Assembly: GCA_963812015.1 (NCBI GenBank)
Contig: CAWETI010000002.1
Location: 1,312,001 to 1,376,000, forward strand
Origin: an uncultured delta proteobacterium
GTDB taxonomy: Bacteria; Desulfobacterota; Desulfobaccia; Desulfobaccales; 0-14-0-80-60-11
Reading direction: 5' to 3'
Length of the DNA: 64,000 nucleotides
The position numbers were made by a program, and so were the translations under genes. Below are positions 9,214 through 18,275 of the stretch, piece by piece. Below the pieces are notes generated by a model that had not been told where the DNA came from, did not search any database, and saw only the letters and a list, made by a program, of their open reading frames with translations. Numbering within the stretch: position 1 is the stretch's first letter; each line of letters starts with the position of its first letter.

Positions 9214-9648
9214 ATGTGCCTGAACCTCCGCCGCTTCTGCGCCTGCGGCCGCAACTCCGCCGATTTGAGCTGCCGGGATAATCTTTTGCCCGGGGAAATC
9301 CTGATCAACCTCTTTTGCCCCCAATGCCGGCCCGACAGCATCGAAGCAGACACCATGCTCGAAGACTGCGGCTGGGTCCTGGAATATGACGTGGAGCGGG
9401 CCCAGGCCTTTTTTGCCCTCAGAAGTATCAGGGGCCGGGCCACCCCCGGGTTCATCTTCGATGCAGGTTATCTGAGCTGGCAGGGGCTGACCCCAGGCGA
9501 CCAGGAGATCAACACCCGCCTGCATCAGCGCCTGGCGCCGCTTATCGAGCAGGATCTGGCCCTTTACCTCAAGTCGCTGCGGGCTGAGTGGGTAGCCCAC
9601 GTGATCCAACTCAAGGCCGTCGGTTGGCGCAAAGCCCAGGCCACCTGA
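9214..9648 (+). CDS. Hypothetical protein with Cys motifs
   Basis: MC...CACG...CPQC; fills the gap; coding-like codon bias. Confidence 0.75.
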   Translation: MCLNLRRFCACGRNSADLSCRDNLLPGEILINLFCPQCRPDSIEADTMLEDCGWVLEYDVERAQAFFALRSIRGRATPGFIFDAGYLSWQGLTPGDQEINTRLHQRLAPLIEQDLALYLKSLRAEWVAHVIQLKAVGWRKAQAT

Positions 9649-9691
9649 GGCGTTGGCGTATCCAAAAACCCGAACTCCAAGGAGGACCTAG

Positions 9692-10351
9692 ATGCGGAAA
9701 ACTGGTTGGACATTGACTATCGCAGTTTTATTCGGACTTTCTCTGTTCTTGCTGGCCCCCCCGGACCTCTTGGCCCAATGGGGCCTGATCAAACAAGGGG
9801 TGGACGCGGCCAGGCCAGGGGAACCGGGAACCAAGCCGGCGCCTGCGCCTGAAGACCCCAACGCGCCGCTTAACCGGGCCAAGATGGGTGAGACCTTCCA
9901 ATCTCCCATGACTTTCAAGAACAATCGGCATTTTTCCTACACCATTCCCGCCGGCTGGCAGAAGGAGCAGGGAGACCCCACCGGGGAGAAGGGCGTCGGT
10001 TTCGGACTGCCCGGGACCACGGTCAGTTTTACCATCCATATAAACCAGATGGTGCCGAGCTTCCCGCGCAAGGCTTCGGTGGACGCCTCCTATAAACAAG
10101 CCATGGAAGAAAAGAGCATCGGCAAATATATGGCCGTGAAGCGGCGGGATCAAGGCGGCAAAAGCGGGGTCATCGGCTGGGAGACCATCGAAACCGCAGA
10201 AAAGGGCTCCGGCGGCTTTCAGCGGATTCAATGGCAGTGCTATGACAAGGACAACTACTACTATAGTTTTATAGCCTGTGTTAACCCCCAGCAGTTCAAC
10301 CAACACCGGGCGGTAATGCAGAAAATCATCGATTCTGTTCGGTTCGACTAA
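9692..10351 (+). CDS. Secreted/periplasmic hypothetical protein
   Basis: AAGGAGG RBS; signal peptide ending LLA; Pro-rich linker. Confidence 0.8.
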   Translation: MRKTGWTLTIAVLFGLSLFLLAPPDLLAQWGLIKQGVDAARPGEPGTKPAPAPEDPNAPLNRAKMGETFQSPMTFKNNRHFSYTIPAGWQKEQGDPTGEKGVGFGLPGTTVSFTIHINQMVPSFPRKASVDASYKQAMEEKSIGKYMAVKRRDQGGKSGVIGWETIETAEKGSGGFQRIQWQCYDKDNYYYSFIACVNPQQFNQHRAVMQKIIDSVRFD

Positions 10352-10467
10352 ACCCGCTCCGGGGGTGATCTCCCCAGGGGAGGCCACCCCTATCTTGCCT
10401 GGAAGAGGGCCGGGGCAGGATGGCCTGAACCGGATAATTTTCAGAGACAGCCCCAACCATTACAGCC

Positions 10468-11673
10468 ATGACCCTTAAAGACATTGAAGCAGCCCGGGAA
10501 CGACAGCAGGGGGTGGTCCTGCGCACCCCGTTGATCTATTCCCATACCCTGAGTCGGGCCGGCGGCCGGGAAGTCTTCCTGAAGCTGGAGAACCTCCAGA
10601 CCACCGGGTCGTTCAAGCTGCGGGGGGCGCTTAACCGCCTGACCCTCCTTAAAGAGCGGGGCGAAGGGCCGCGGGTGGTGGCCGCCTCGGCGGGCAACCA
10701 CGGCCAGGGAGTGGCCTTCGCCGCCGCCCAGTTGAACCTTCCGGCCACCATCGTCATGCCCCAGGGGGCCTCCATTTCCAAGCAACTGGCCACCCGGGGC
10801 TATGGGGCCGAGGTGATCCTTTATGGCCGGGACCTGGGGGAGGCCCTGGAGAAGGCCCAGACCCTGGTGGCCCAGGGCTATACCTTCATTCACCCCTACG
10901 ACGACCCCGAGGTCATCGCTGGCCAGGGCACTCTGGGCCTCGAGATCGTCGAGGACCTGGCCGGGGTGGACACGGTGGTCATCCCCGTGGGGGGCGGGGG
11001 GCTGGCCGCGGGCGTGGCCGTGGCCGTAAAGGCGCGCAACCCGGGAGTGCGGCTCATCGGGGTGCAGACGGCCCAGGTACCGTCACTGGTTGCGGCCCTG
11101 AAGGCGGGGGCCCCCACGCCGGTGCCGTTCCGGCCCACCCTGGCGGATGGCATCAACGTCCCGCAGGTGGGCCGCCATCCTTTTCCCTATCTTAAGCAAC
11201 ACCTGAGTGAAGTGGTGCTGGTGGAGGAGCAAGAAATCGTCCAGGCGCTGCTTATCTTGCTGGAGGGTAAGAAGGTTTTGGCGGAAGGGGCCGGGGCGGC
11301 GCCCGTGGCGGCCTTTTTGGGGCCCCTGGCGGGCCGGGACTTGGGCCGCCGGGTGGTGCTGGTGGTGAGCGGCGGCAATATCGATATCCCCCTGCTGGAA
11401 CGGGTGGTGCCCCGGGCTTTGCTGGCGCGCCGTCGGCTCCTGACGTTGCAGGTGGTCCTGACCGATTTCCCCGGCTCCCTGGGCCGCCTCACCACCCTTT
11501 TGGGGGAACAGGGGGCCAACATCCTCCACCTGTTCCACGACCGCCTGGCCCGGGAGCTGTCCCTGGACTACACCCGGGTGGAGCTCAACCTGGAGACCCG
11601 GGGCCCCGAACACGGCGAGGCGGTGCTCGTCGCCCTCCGGGAGGCCGGCTACCGGGTGGAGGAAAAGCCTTAA
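10468..11673 (+). CDS. ilvA: Threonine ammonia-lyase with C-terminal ACT domain
   Basis: KLENLQTTGSFKLRG, ASAGNHGQG, PVGGGGL, SGGNID, ACT (DFPGSL..GANI). Confidence 0.92.
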   Translation: MTLKDIEAARERQQGVVLRTPLIYSHTLSRAGGREVFLKLENLQTTGSFKLRGALNRLTLLKERGEGPRVVAASAGNHGQGVAFAAAQLNLPATIVMPQGASISKQLATRGYGAEVILYGRDLGEALEKAQTLVAQGYTFIHPYDDPEVIAGQGTLGLEIVEDLAGVDTVVIPVGGGGLAAGVAVAVKARNPGVRLIGVQTAQVPSLVAALKAGAPTPVPFRPTLADGINVPQVGRHPFPYLKQHLSEVVLVEEQEIVQALLILLEGKKVLAEGAGAAPVAAFLGPLAGRDLGRRVVLVVSGGNIDIPLLERVVPRALLARRRLLTLQVVLTDFPGSLGRLTTLLGEQGANILHLFHDRLARELSLDYTRVELNLETRGPEHGEAVLVALREAGYRVEEKP

Positions 11674-11868
11674 AAGACGGTTTTCAGTTTTCGGTTTTCG
11701 GTTGAACCCCGAGTTATATGATCAATAAGCGGCACCGGCGTTACGCCTGCGCATGCAGCATACAGGGTGGGCACCGGCCACCATAAATCCCCGGGATGGT
11801 TGCCGCTCCGGCTGACAGTTCACCTTTTTATCTGATATACTCCGCAAAAAATCTTTACCGAGGACCGT

Positions 11869-13053
11869 ATGCCCATTTCGGCACGCATCAGAGACGCCAT
11901 CCAAAATTCTTCCTGGATCCGGCGCATGTTCGAAGAAGGGGCCGAACTCAAGGCCCGCCTGGGACCGGCCCGGGTCTTTGATTTTACCCTGGGCAACCCG
12001 GATTTGGAGCCGCCGCCCCGGTTCCAGGAGGAACTCGTCAAGGCGGCCGGAGACATGGCCCCCGGCCTCCACGCCTACATGCCCAACGCCGGGCTTTTAA
12101 ACACCCGCCACGTCCTGGCTGAGAAGCTGAGTCGTCTTCACCACCTGGAATTCAAGGCCCATGACCTGATCCTTACCTGCGGGGCCTCCGGCGGGCTCAA
12201 TATCATCCTCAAGGCCTTGTTGGACCCGGGGGATGAAGTGGTGATCCTGGCGCCCTATTTCCCCGAATACCTTTTCTATGCCGACAACCACGGCGGCGTC
12301 GCCAAAGTGGTGGAAACGGACGAGCACTTCCTGCCGGACCTGAAGAGGCTGGCCGCAGCTTTGAGCCCCCGGACCCGGGCGATTATCATCAATTCCCCCA
12401 ATAACCCCACGGGCCAGATTTATGACGCGGCCACGTTAACCGAGTTGGGACGGTTCCTGGCCCACCATGCGGGGCGCCACGGCCGGCCGGTTTACCTGGT
12501 GGCCGATGAGCCCTACCGGCACCTGGTTTATGACGGGGCCGAAGTCCCCAGCATCTTTGCGGCCTATCCCAATACTCTGCTGGCCACCTCGTTTTCCAAG
12601 GACCTGTCCATCCCCGGGGAGCGCCTGGGTTATGTGGCGGTGAGCCCCCGGGCCGCCGGCCGGGGTGAGCTGGAAGGCGCCCTGGTGCTGGCCAATCGCA
12701 TCCTGGGGTTTGTCAACGCCCCGGCCCTGATGCAGCGGGTGGTGGCTCAGTTGACCGACGTGGCCCTGGACATCACGCCCTACGCCCGGCGCCGGGAGCT
12801 CTTCTGCGACCTGCTCACCGAGGCGGGGTATAAATTCCTCAAGCCTCAGGGGGCCTTCTATCTATTTCCCAAGGCTCCGGGGGGTGATGACCTTAACTGC
12901 GTGGCCCGCCTCAAGGAAGAAAATATCCTGGCGGTGCCGGGGCGGGGCTTTGGCCGGGCCGGCTATTTCCGGCTGGCCTTTTGCGTGCCCGAAAAGGTCA
13001 TCCAGGCTGCGGCCCCGGGGTTTGCCCGGGCCCGGAAAAAAATTACCGGGTAG
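11869..13053 (+). CDS. PLP-dependent aminotransferase class I/II (aspartate aminotransferase-like)
   Basis: LGNP, NSPNNPTG, ADEPY, SFSKDLSIPGERLG. Confidence 0.93.
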   Translation: MPISARIRDAIQNSSWIRRMFEEGAELKARLGPARVFDFTLGNPDLEPPPRFQEELVKAAGDMAPGLHAYMPNAGLLNTRHVLAEKLSRLHHLEFKAHDLILTCGASGGLNIILKALLDPGDEVVILAPYFPEYLFYADNHGGVAKVVETDEHFLPDLKRLAAALSPRTRAIIINSPNNPTGQIYDAATLTELGRFLAHHAGRHGRPVYLVADEPYRHLVYDGAEVPSIFAAYPNTLLATSFSKDLSIPGERLGYVAVSPRAAGRGELEGALVLANRILGFVNAPALMQRVVAQLTDVALDITPYARRRELFCDLLTEAGYKFLKPQGAFYLFPKAPGGDDLNCVARLKEENILAVPGRGFGRAGYFRLAFCVPEKVIQAAAPGFARARKKITG

Positions 13054-13125
13054 GGGTCTCTGGATTCCAGGCCCGAGCGGCCCTGGGCTTGAAAACCTGC
13101 TCATCATCGGGAGACCGGAAAAGAC

Positions 13126-13458
13126 ATGGCCAAGCGTCCCCAGCAGCCCCGGCCGGTGGCGGTCAAAGAAGTGCTCCAGAAGATCCTGTCGCCCGGCGAC
13201 CGGGATGATCTGGAACTCCGGCAACAGATCCGCCGGGTTTGGGAGGCGGTGGTCCCGGCCGCTCTCCTGAGCCAGGCCCGATTGGTGGACCTGCGCCGCA
13301 AGGAACTCTGGGTGGAAGTCAGCTCCAGCCCCTGGAGCCAGGAATTGCAATTCCTGAAGCCGAAAATCCTGGCGGCGATGGACCGGTCCCTGGGACCCGG
13401 CAAGGTCAAAGACCTGCGAGTGCGGGTCGGGAATTGCCCAGAGTCGAGTAAAACCTGA
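13126..13458 (+). CDS. DUF721 / DciA-like protein
   Basis: WEAVV...LWVEVSSSPWSQELQFLKPKIL pattern; about 110 aa. Confidence 0.75.
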   Translation: MAKRPQQPRPVAVKEVLQKILSPGDRDDLELRQQIRRVWEAVVPAALLSQARLVDLRRKELWVEVSSSPWSQELQFLKPKILAAMDRSLGPGKVKDLRVRVGNCPESSKT

Positions 13459-13602
13459 CGTTGAGAAAATCATTCCAATACCCGGCTAGGGCGTCCAGGT
13501 TCTTCTGAAAAAACCCTCATAAATCCTTAAGAATTTTTCTATTTCATCCGAATAATACCCCAAAGCTTTCACCTCATCCCTGGCGACGGCCCGGCGCGGC
13601 AG

Positions 13603-14025
13603 TTGCCAGGGAACATAAGGCCATCCACGCCCAAAAAATCTTCCCAGCTCCCGCTCACCATCCTCTTGGTGGATGATGATCCCCTGATCCGGGTTCTGGG
13701 GCAGGAATTGCTGGAGCACCTGGGGTACCGGGTGGTGACTGCGGCGGATGGTTCCGAGGCCCTGGAGAAGTTTCAACGGCTGGGGGTGGTGGACCTGGTG
13801 CTCTTGGATTACTATCTGCCGGGCCAAACCGGCTGCCAGGTGATTCGGAGGTTCAAGGCCCTGGACCAGCGGGCCCGGGTGCTGGTGGCCTCGGGTACTT
13901 TTTCTTCCCGGGATCTGGACTGCCTTAAGGCGGAGGGGGCCCTGGGCCTGATTCATAAACCGTACCGGCTGACGGACCTGCAGCGACGGATTCAGCTGGT
14001 GCTGGCGGGCCAGTCGGGGTTTTAG
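13603..14025 (+). CDS. Single-domain response regulator (receiver)
   Basis: LLVDDD, LVLLDYYLPG, VASG, HKPY; start uncertain. Confidence 0.88.
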   Translation: MPGNIRPSTPKKSSQLPLTILLVDDDPLIRVLGQELLEHLGYRVVTAADGSEALEKFQRLGVVDLVLLDYYLPGQTGCQVIRRFKALDQRARVLVASGTFSSRDLDCLKAEGALGLIHKPYRLTDLQRRIQLVLAGQSGF

Positions 14026-15517
14026 CGGCTGCGGCCAGGGGCCGCCGGTCAAACCGGAGCAGCACCGCTCCCACCCGGGTCAAGCAGGCGGCCTCCTGCC
14101 AGTCGGGCCCCAGGAGGTTGGCGGTGAACTGGCGCAGGAATTTCAGGTCCGGGATATGGGAGGCGATCAGCCAGAGGCGCTGGGGGGATGTTTGGGCTTG
14201 AGCAGCCCGATCCAACCCCTTCTCCACACATGACCGGCCCCAACAGACCCCGTGGTTCGGTCCGCGGTAATAGTATTTGAAGGGCGCCACCGCGAAATAA
14301 TAGACATAAACAAGATCCTGGGGCTGGAGATTGGCTTCCAGGTGAGCCACCAGGGGTTGAATCTCTTCCCGGTTGTTGATGGGATAGAGGTTTTTGTTGA
14401 GGCCGGCCAAGGGATGGAGGGCCACCAGGAATATTCCGGTCAGGGCCAGGGCCAGCCAGCGCTGGCGCCGATGCCAGAGCCAGGCGAACCCAGCCGCGCC
14501 CCCGACTGCCAAGATGAGATAGAGGATCGGGGCGCTGAACAGCATCAGGCGGTTGCCGCCGTAGTGGGCCATAAAGGGGTAGCGGTGCAGGCAAGCGGCC
14601 CCGAAGGCCAGCAGCAGCGGCCCTCCCAGGTAAAGCAAGACCCGGGCGCGGCCCCGCCGCACCATCACGACTATACCGGCTGCCAACAAGAGCGGCCCCC
14701 AGATTACCCCCCACTCACCCAGAAAATACCGGAAATAGCGGTAGAGAGCCGATCCCAGCCACCGGAAAAACGGCACCAGGCCGGTGAGATCCGGGAAGTC
14801 CTGGGCCCAATACGCCACCAGTTCGGGGTCCACTTCCCGCCGGATAAACAGCAGATAATAAGCGGCAAAGGCCAGGCACCAGACGGAGCCCAGGAGGGCC
14901 AGCCGGGAGCGTCGATCCTGGGGTAGGCCGGCCCACAGGACCGTCACGACGATGGGCAGGGTAAAAATCAGGGCTTGGGAGAAACCCAGTCCCAGCCCGC
15001 CGGCCAGGGCCAGGACCAGCCAGCCCCCGCGGCCCCGGCCGGATCGGAGCCGTTCCGCCAGCCACAGCACCAGGACGGCAAAAAAAGCATCGCCGCTGTA
15101 CTGTTTCAATTCCTTGGAATAATAGACCATAATGGGGGAGAAGGCCACCGCCGCCAGGGCCAGCAGGGCGGCCGGAACTTCCACCAGGGCCCGGCTGAGA
15201 CGCCAGAGGAGCCAGAGGGTGCCCACCCCGAACAGGAAGGAGAGCCCCCGGAGCACCACTTCGCTGTGGCCCCAGAGCTGCACCATCGCCCAGACGGTGA
15301 GGAGATAAAGGGCCGGGGTGGACTGGCCCGCGGCTAGGGCCTCTTTGGCCGTGGGTTTCATGGCCGCCAGGGCCACCCAGGCCTCATCGGTCCAGAGGTC
15401 CCGGCCCCCCAGGTTATAGAGGCGGAAATAGACCGCCACCCCAAAGATCAGGGCTATGGCCAGCATGGTGAGGTATGGCCGGGATAGACTTTCGGGCTTA
15501 GGGCCGGGCCGGGACAT
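13925..15517 (-). CDS. GT-C fold membrane glycosyltransferase (GT39/ArnT-like)
   Basis: RLYNLG..DLWTDEA, P.LY, LRGLS, YYSKELKQY; many TM helices; GGAG-like RBS before ATG at 15517. Confidence 0.8.
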   Translation of the reverse strand: MSRPGPKPESLSRPYLTMLAIALIFGVAVYFRLYNLGGRDLWTDEAWVALAAMKPTAKEALAAGQSTPALYLLTVWAMVQLWGHSEVVLRGLSFLFGVGTLWLLWRLSRALVEVPAALLALAAVAFSPIMVYYSKELKQYSGDAFFAVLVLWLAERLRSGRGRGGWLVLALAGGLGLGFSQALIFTLPIVVTVLWAGLPQDRRSRLALLGSVWCLAFAAYYLLFIRREVDPELVAYWAQDFPDLTGLVPFFRWLGSALYRYFRYFLGEWGVIWGPLLLAAGIVVMVRRGRARVLLYLGGPLLLAFGAACLHRYPFMAHYGGNRLMLFSAPILYLILAVGGAAGFAWLWHRRQRWLALALTGIFLVALHPLAGLNKNLYPINNREEIQPLVAHLEANLQPQDLVYVYYFAVAPFKYYYRGPNHGVCWGRSCVEKGLDRAAQAQTSPQRLWLIASHIPDLKFLRQFTANLLGPDWQEAACLTRVGAVLLRFDRRPLAAAAKTPTGPPAPAESVAAGPSAGTVYESGPGPPPP

Positions 15518-15857
15518 GGCACCTATCTCCCGGCAAAGCTGGTGGGAGCGTGGGTTCGGGCAAAACTGGCAACCACTCGACAGACGGGGGCCAAGGGCCC
15601 GGTTGCGGCCAATCTGGAGCAATTCTGTACTGGCCTGACTTCGCCATAATCCTCTTGAGGCTTTATCCGGTCCCCTGATTTAAAATCGAGACAATTTCCT
15701 GGTAGATTAAAATCTGTTTAAATATTATTATTTTACCATCTATTTTTACCACTCGGCAAGGGGAAACCCCAGGAGCGGGGGAGGGGAGACAGAGGGGCCT
15801 CGCCTCCGGCATTTCCCCCCATAAGGCGGCAACAGCCAACCCGTCGGGAGAAGCGAC

Positions 15858-16772
15858 TTGACAGCAAAAAATTTTTGGTGGCCGGCGCCGGTGGCCCCCG
15901 GGGAGCTGGTGGCGGTGGCGGCCCCGGCCAGCCACGTCAGCCGGCCCGCCTGGGAGGCCGGGGTGCAAATTCTCCAGGACTGGGGTTTTCGGGTGCGTTG
16001 CGGCCCGGAGGTCTTCGAGCCCCGGGCCTATGGGGTGGCCACGGATCAGCTGATAGCCCGGCGCTTTATGGAGATTTGGCTGGACCCGGAGGTCAAAGCC
16101 ATTGTGGGGGTCAGGGGAGGCTATGGCTCCCTGAAGTTGCTACCCCACCTGGATCTTAAAGCCCTGAAGACGCACCACAAACGGCTGGTGGGGTTCAGCG
16201 ATATGACCAATCTCCTCTGGTACTTCCACCATGGGCTGGGGCTGGTGACCTTCCACGGCCCCAACGTGGCCCAGCTCCCGGAGGTGACTCCCGAGGCCCG
16301 GAAAAATTTTTATGAGTGGCTCACGGCCCCGGGTCCCCGGGCCATTACTTACCGGAACCTCACGGTGCTCCACCCCGGGGTGGCCACGGGCCCCCTGGCC
16401 GGCGGCAACCTCACCACCCTGTGTCACCTGGTGGGCACGCCCTATGCCCCCCGGCTGGCAGGTTACCTGTTGTTTCTGGAAGACCACAACGAAGCCCTGT
16501 ACCGCCTCGACCGCATGCTCCACCACCTGATCTTCGCCGGGGTCCTGGATGGCGTCCGGGGGGTGGTGTTGGGGGGCTTTACCCACTGCGGCTCCCAAGA
16601 CGGCCTCCTGGAGGTCTTGACTACCGCCTTGGCGCCCCTCAACGTGCCGGTGCTCATGGGCCTGCCGGTGGGCCACCAGCCGGACAACCACACCCTGCCC
16701 CTGGGAGCCTGGGCTCGCCTGGACACCGGGGCCGCGTCCCTGTCCCTGCTTGAATCCCCCATCCTCCCTTAA
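15858..16772 (+). CDS. LD-carboxypeptidase (peptidase S66)
   Basis: RGGYG, GFSDMT (Ser), GGNL, FLED (Glu), VGH (His). Confidence 0.92.
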   Translation: MTAKNFWWPAPVAPGELVAVAAPASHVSRPAWEAGVQILQDWGFRVRCGPEVFEPRAYGVATDQLIARRFMEIWLDPEVKAIVGVRGGYGSLKLLPHLDLKALKTHHKRLVGFSDMTNLLWYFHHGLGLVTFHGPNVAQLPEVTPEARKNFYEWLTAPGPRAITYRNLTVLHPGVATGPLAGGNLTTLCHLVGTPYAPRLAGYLLFLEDHNEALYRLDRMLHHLIFAGVLDGVRGVVLGGFTHCGSQDGLLEVLTTALAPLNVPVLMGLPVGHQPDNHTLPLGAWARLDTGAASLSLLESPILP

Positions 16773-16896
16773 AATCTCTTGGGGCAGGTCAGTCTTGGGG
16801 TAATTCACTTGTAAATAATTGCAGACCTCCTCCCCTTGACAAGCGCGTCTTGAACCTTATTTTTGCACTAAACCCCTAGCTGCCTCAGGAGGAGTT

Positions 16897-17121
16897 ATGG
16901 CTCACACCTGTAAAACCTGTGGCGCAGTGGCGGCAGAACCCGGCCACCTGTGCGCTCCCACTACCGAAGAGACTACGTGCGCATATTGCGGGAAACATAC
17001 CCCTCACGTCAAACATTACTGCAAGGGCAAGATGGAAGACCTGAAGTATGTTTGTGAGGGGTGCGGGCGCCTGGCGCCTTTCGCGGATTTGCTTTGCAAA
17101 CCCAGCAAAGTGCCGGCGTGA
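16897..17121 (+). CDS. Small Cys/His-rich protein (three CxxCG...(H/L)xC modules)
   Basis: AGGAGG RBS; TTGACA at 16836; CKTCG..HLC, CAYCG..HYC, CEGCG..LLC. Confidence 0.85.
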   Translation: MAHTCKTCGAVAAEPGHLCAPTTEETTCAYCGKHTPHVKHYCKGKMEDLKYVCEGCGRLAPFADLLCKPSKVPA

Positions 17122-17253
17122 CCAAAGTGCCGGTGGGAAAGACCGGTATACGGCACTAGTGGAGTGGATGGAAAAAGGTGCCGGGTAAACCCAGGGCGGG
17201 ACAGCGCCAGCAACCTTTCAGCTATTTTCCATAGCCACATCTCCATACCCACC

Positions 17254-17291
17254 AGGGGTTGAGAAATCGCCATTCTCAGCCCCTTACTTTT
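17254..17291 (+). terminator. Intrinsic terminator
   Basis: AGGGGTTGAGAA-loop-TTCTCAGCCCCT followed by TACTTTT. Confidence 0.65.
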
Positions 17292-17293
17292 CC

Positions 17294-17414
17294 TACCTAG
17301 TCTCAATCAAAAGAATCTTGAATCGTAGGGGCCCATCTGCGTGTCCGCCCTCCATCAAAGGCGGACACCTGGGTCCGCCCCTACAGGGAGTTCCCGTTGG
17401 TTTGCGACTTGGTA
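17294..17414. mobile_element. MITE-like element: TACC(A)AGT inverted ends enclosing a GTAG REP doublet
   Basis: Left end tacctagtctcaatcaa; right end reverse-complements to taccaagtcgcaaaccaa; REP core at 17325-17384. Confidence 0.6.
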
Positions 17415-18275
17415 TCAGGTAAGGTAGGAGTGAAGGCCGGAGAGCAGGAAACTGACGCCAAAATAGGTGAACAATACCGCCATGAATCCCAGCACCGCCA
17501 GCCAGGCGATGCGGCGGCCGTGCCAGCCTTTCAAGAGCCGGGCGTGGAGCAGGGCCGCGTAAATGAACCAGGTGATCAACGACCAGGTTTCCTTGGGATC
17601 CCAACTCCAGTATCGGCCCCAGGCGGTTTCGGCCCACACCGCGCCGGTGGCAATTCCCAGGGTCAGCAGGAGAAATCCCAGGACGGTAGTCCGGTAGATG
17701 AGACTGTCCAGGGAGGGGAGGGGGGGCAGGGAAGGCCGGGGCCGCCGGTCCTGGAGGAGATAGAGGATGGCGCTGCCGAAGGCCAAAGCAAAGGCGGCGT
17801 AGCCCAGGAAGGCCGTCACCACGTGGATGAGCAGCCAGTTGCTCTTCAGGGCCGGCATCAAAGGTTTGATGCGGCTGTCCGCCCCGAAGGAGGCATAAGC
17901 CAAAAGGAGGGTGGAGAGCATCGCCACCAGGGCGCCCAGGTAGCCCTTGAGGTAGCGGCGAAAGGCGAACAGGCCCAGGGCCGGCAGGCACCAAGAGAAA
18001 AAGAGCAGAGATTCATAAAAATTGGACAGCGGTACCTGAATAATAATGAGCTGCAGTTTGTCGGCAAACGACGTGGTGGGGGAGTGGCCCAGGGCCACCC
18101 GGTAGGATTCCACCCAGCGGCCGAGGAGCGCGCCGGTATGGGTTCCCAGCCCCATCCACAGTATAGTCCGACCCGCATTCTGAAGCCGGGGAGACGACCA
18201 TAACTCCGCCATCAGGAACAGGATGGCCACCAGCAGATAGATCAACATGACGACGCCAAGGATCTGGCTGATCAT
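17415..18275 (-). CDS. ccsA: Cytochrome c biogenesis System II protein CcsA/ResC
   Basis: PLSNFYES, PALKSNWLLIHV, WWD domain GAVWAETAWGRYWSWDPKETW, GLHSY. Confidence 0.95.
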   Translation of the reverse strand: MISQILGVVMLIYLLVAILFLMAELWSSPRLQNAGRTILWMGLGTHTGALLGRWVESYRVALGHSPTTSFADKLQLIIIQVPLSNFYESLLFFSWCLPALGLFAFRRYLKGYLGALVAMLSTLLLAYASFGADSRIKPLMPALKSNWLLIHVVTAFLGYAAFALAFGSAILYLLQDRRPRPSLPPLPSLDSLIYRTTVLGFLLLTLGIATGAVWAETAWGRYWSWDPKETWSLITWFIYAALLHARLLKGWHGRRIAWLAVLGFMAVLFTYFGVSFLLSGLHSYLT

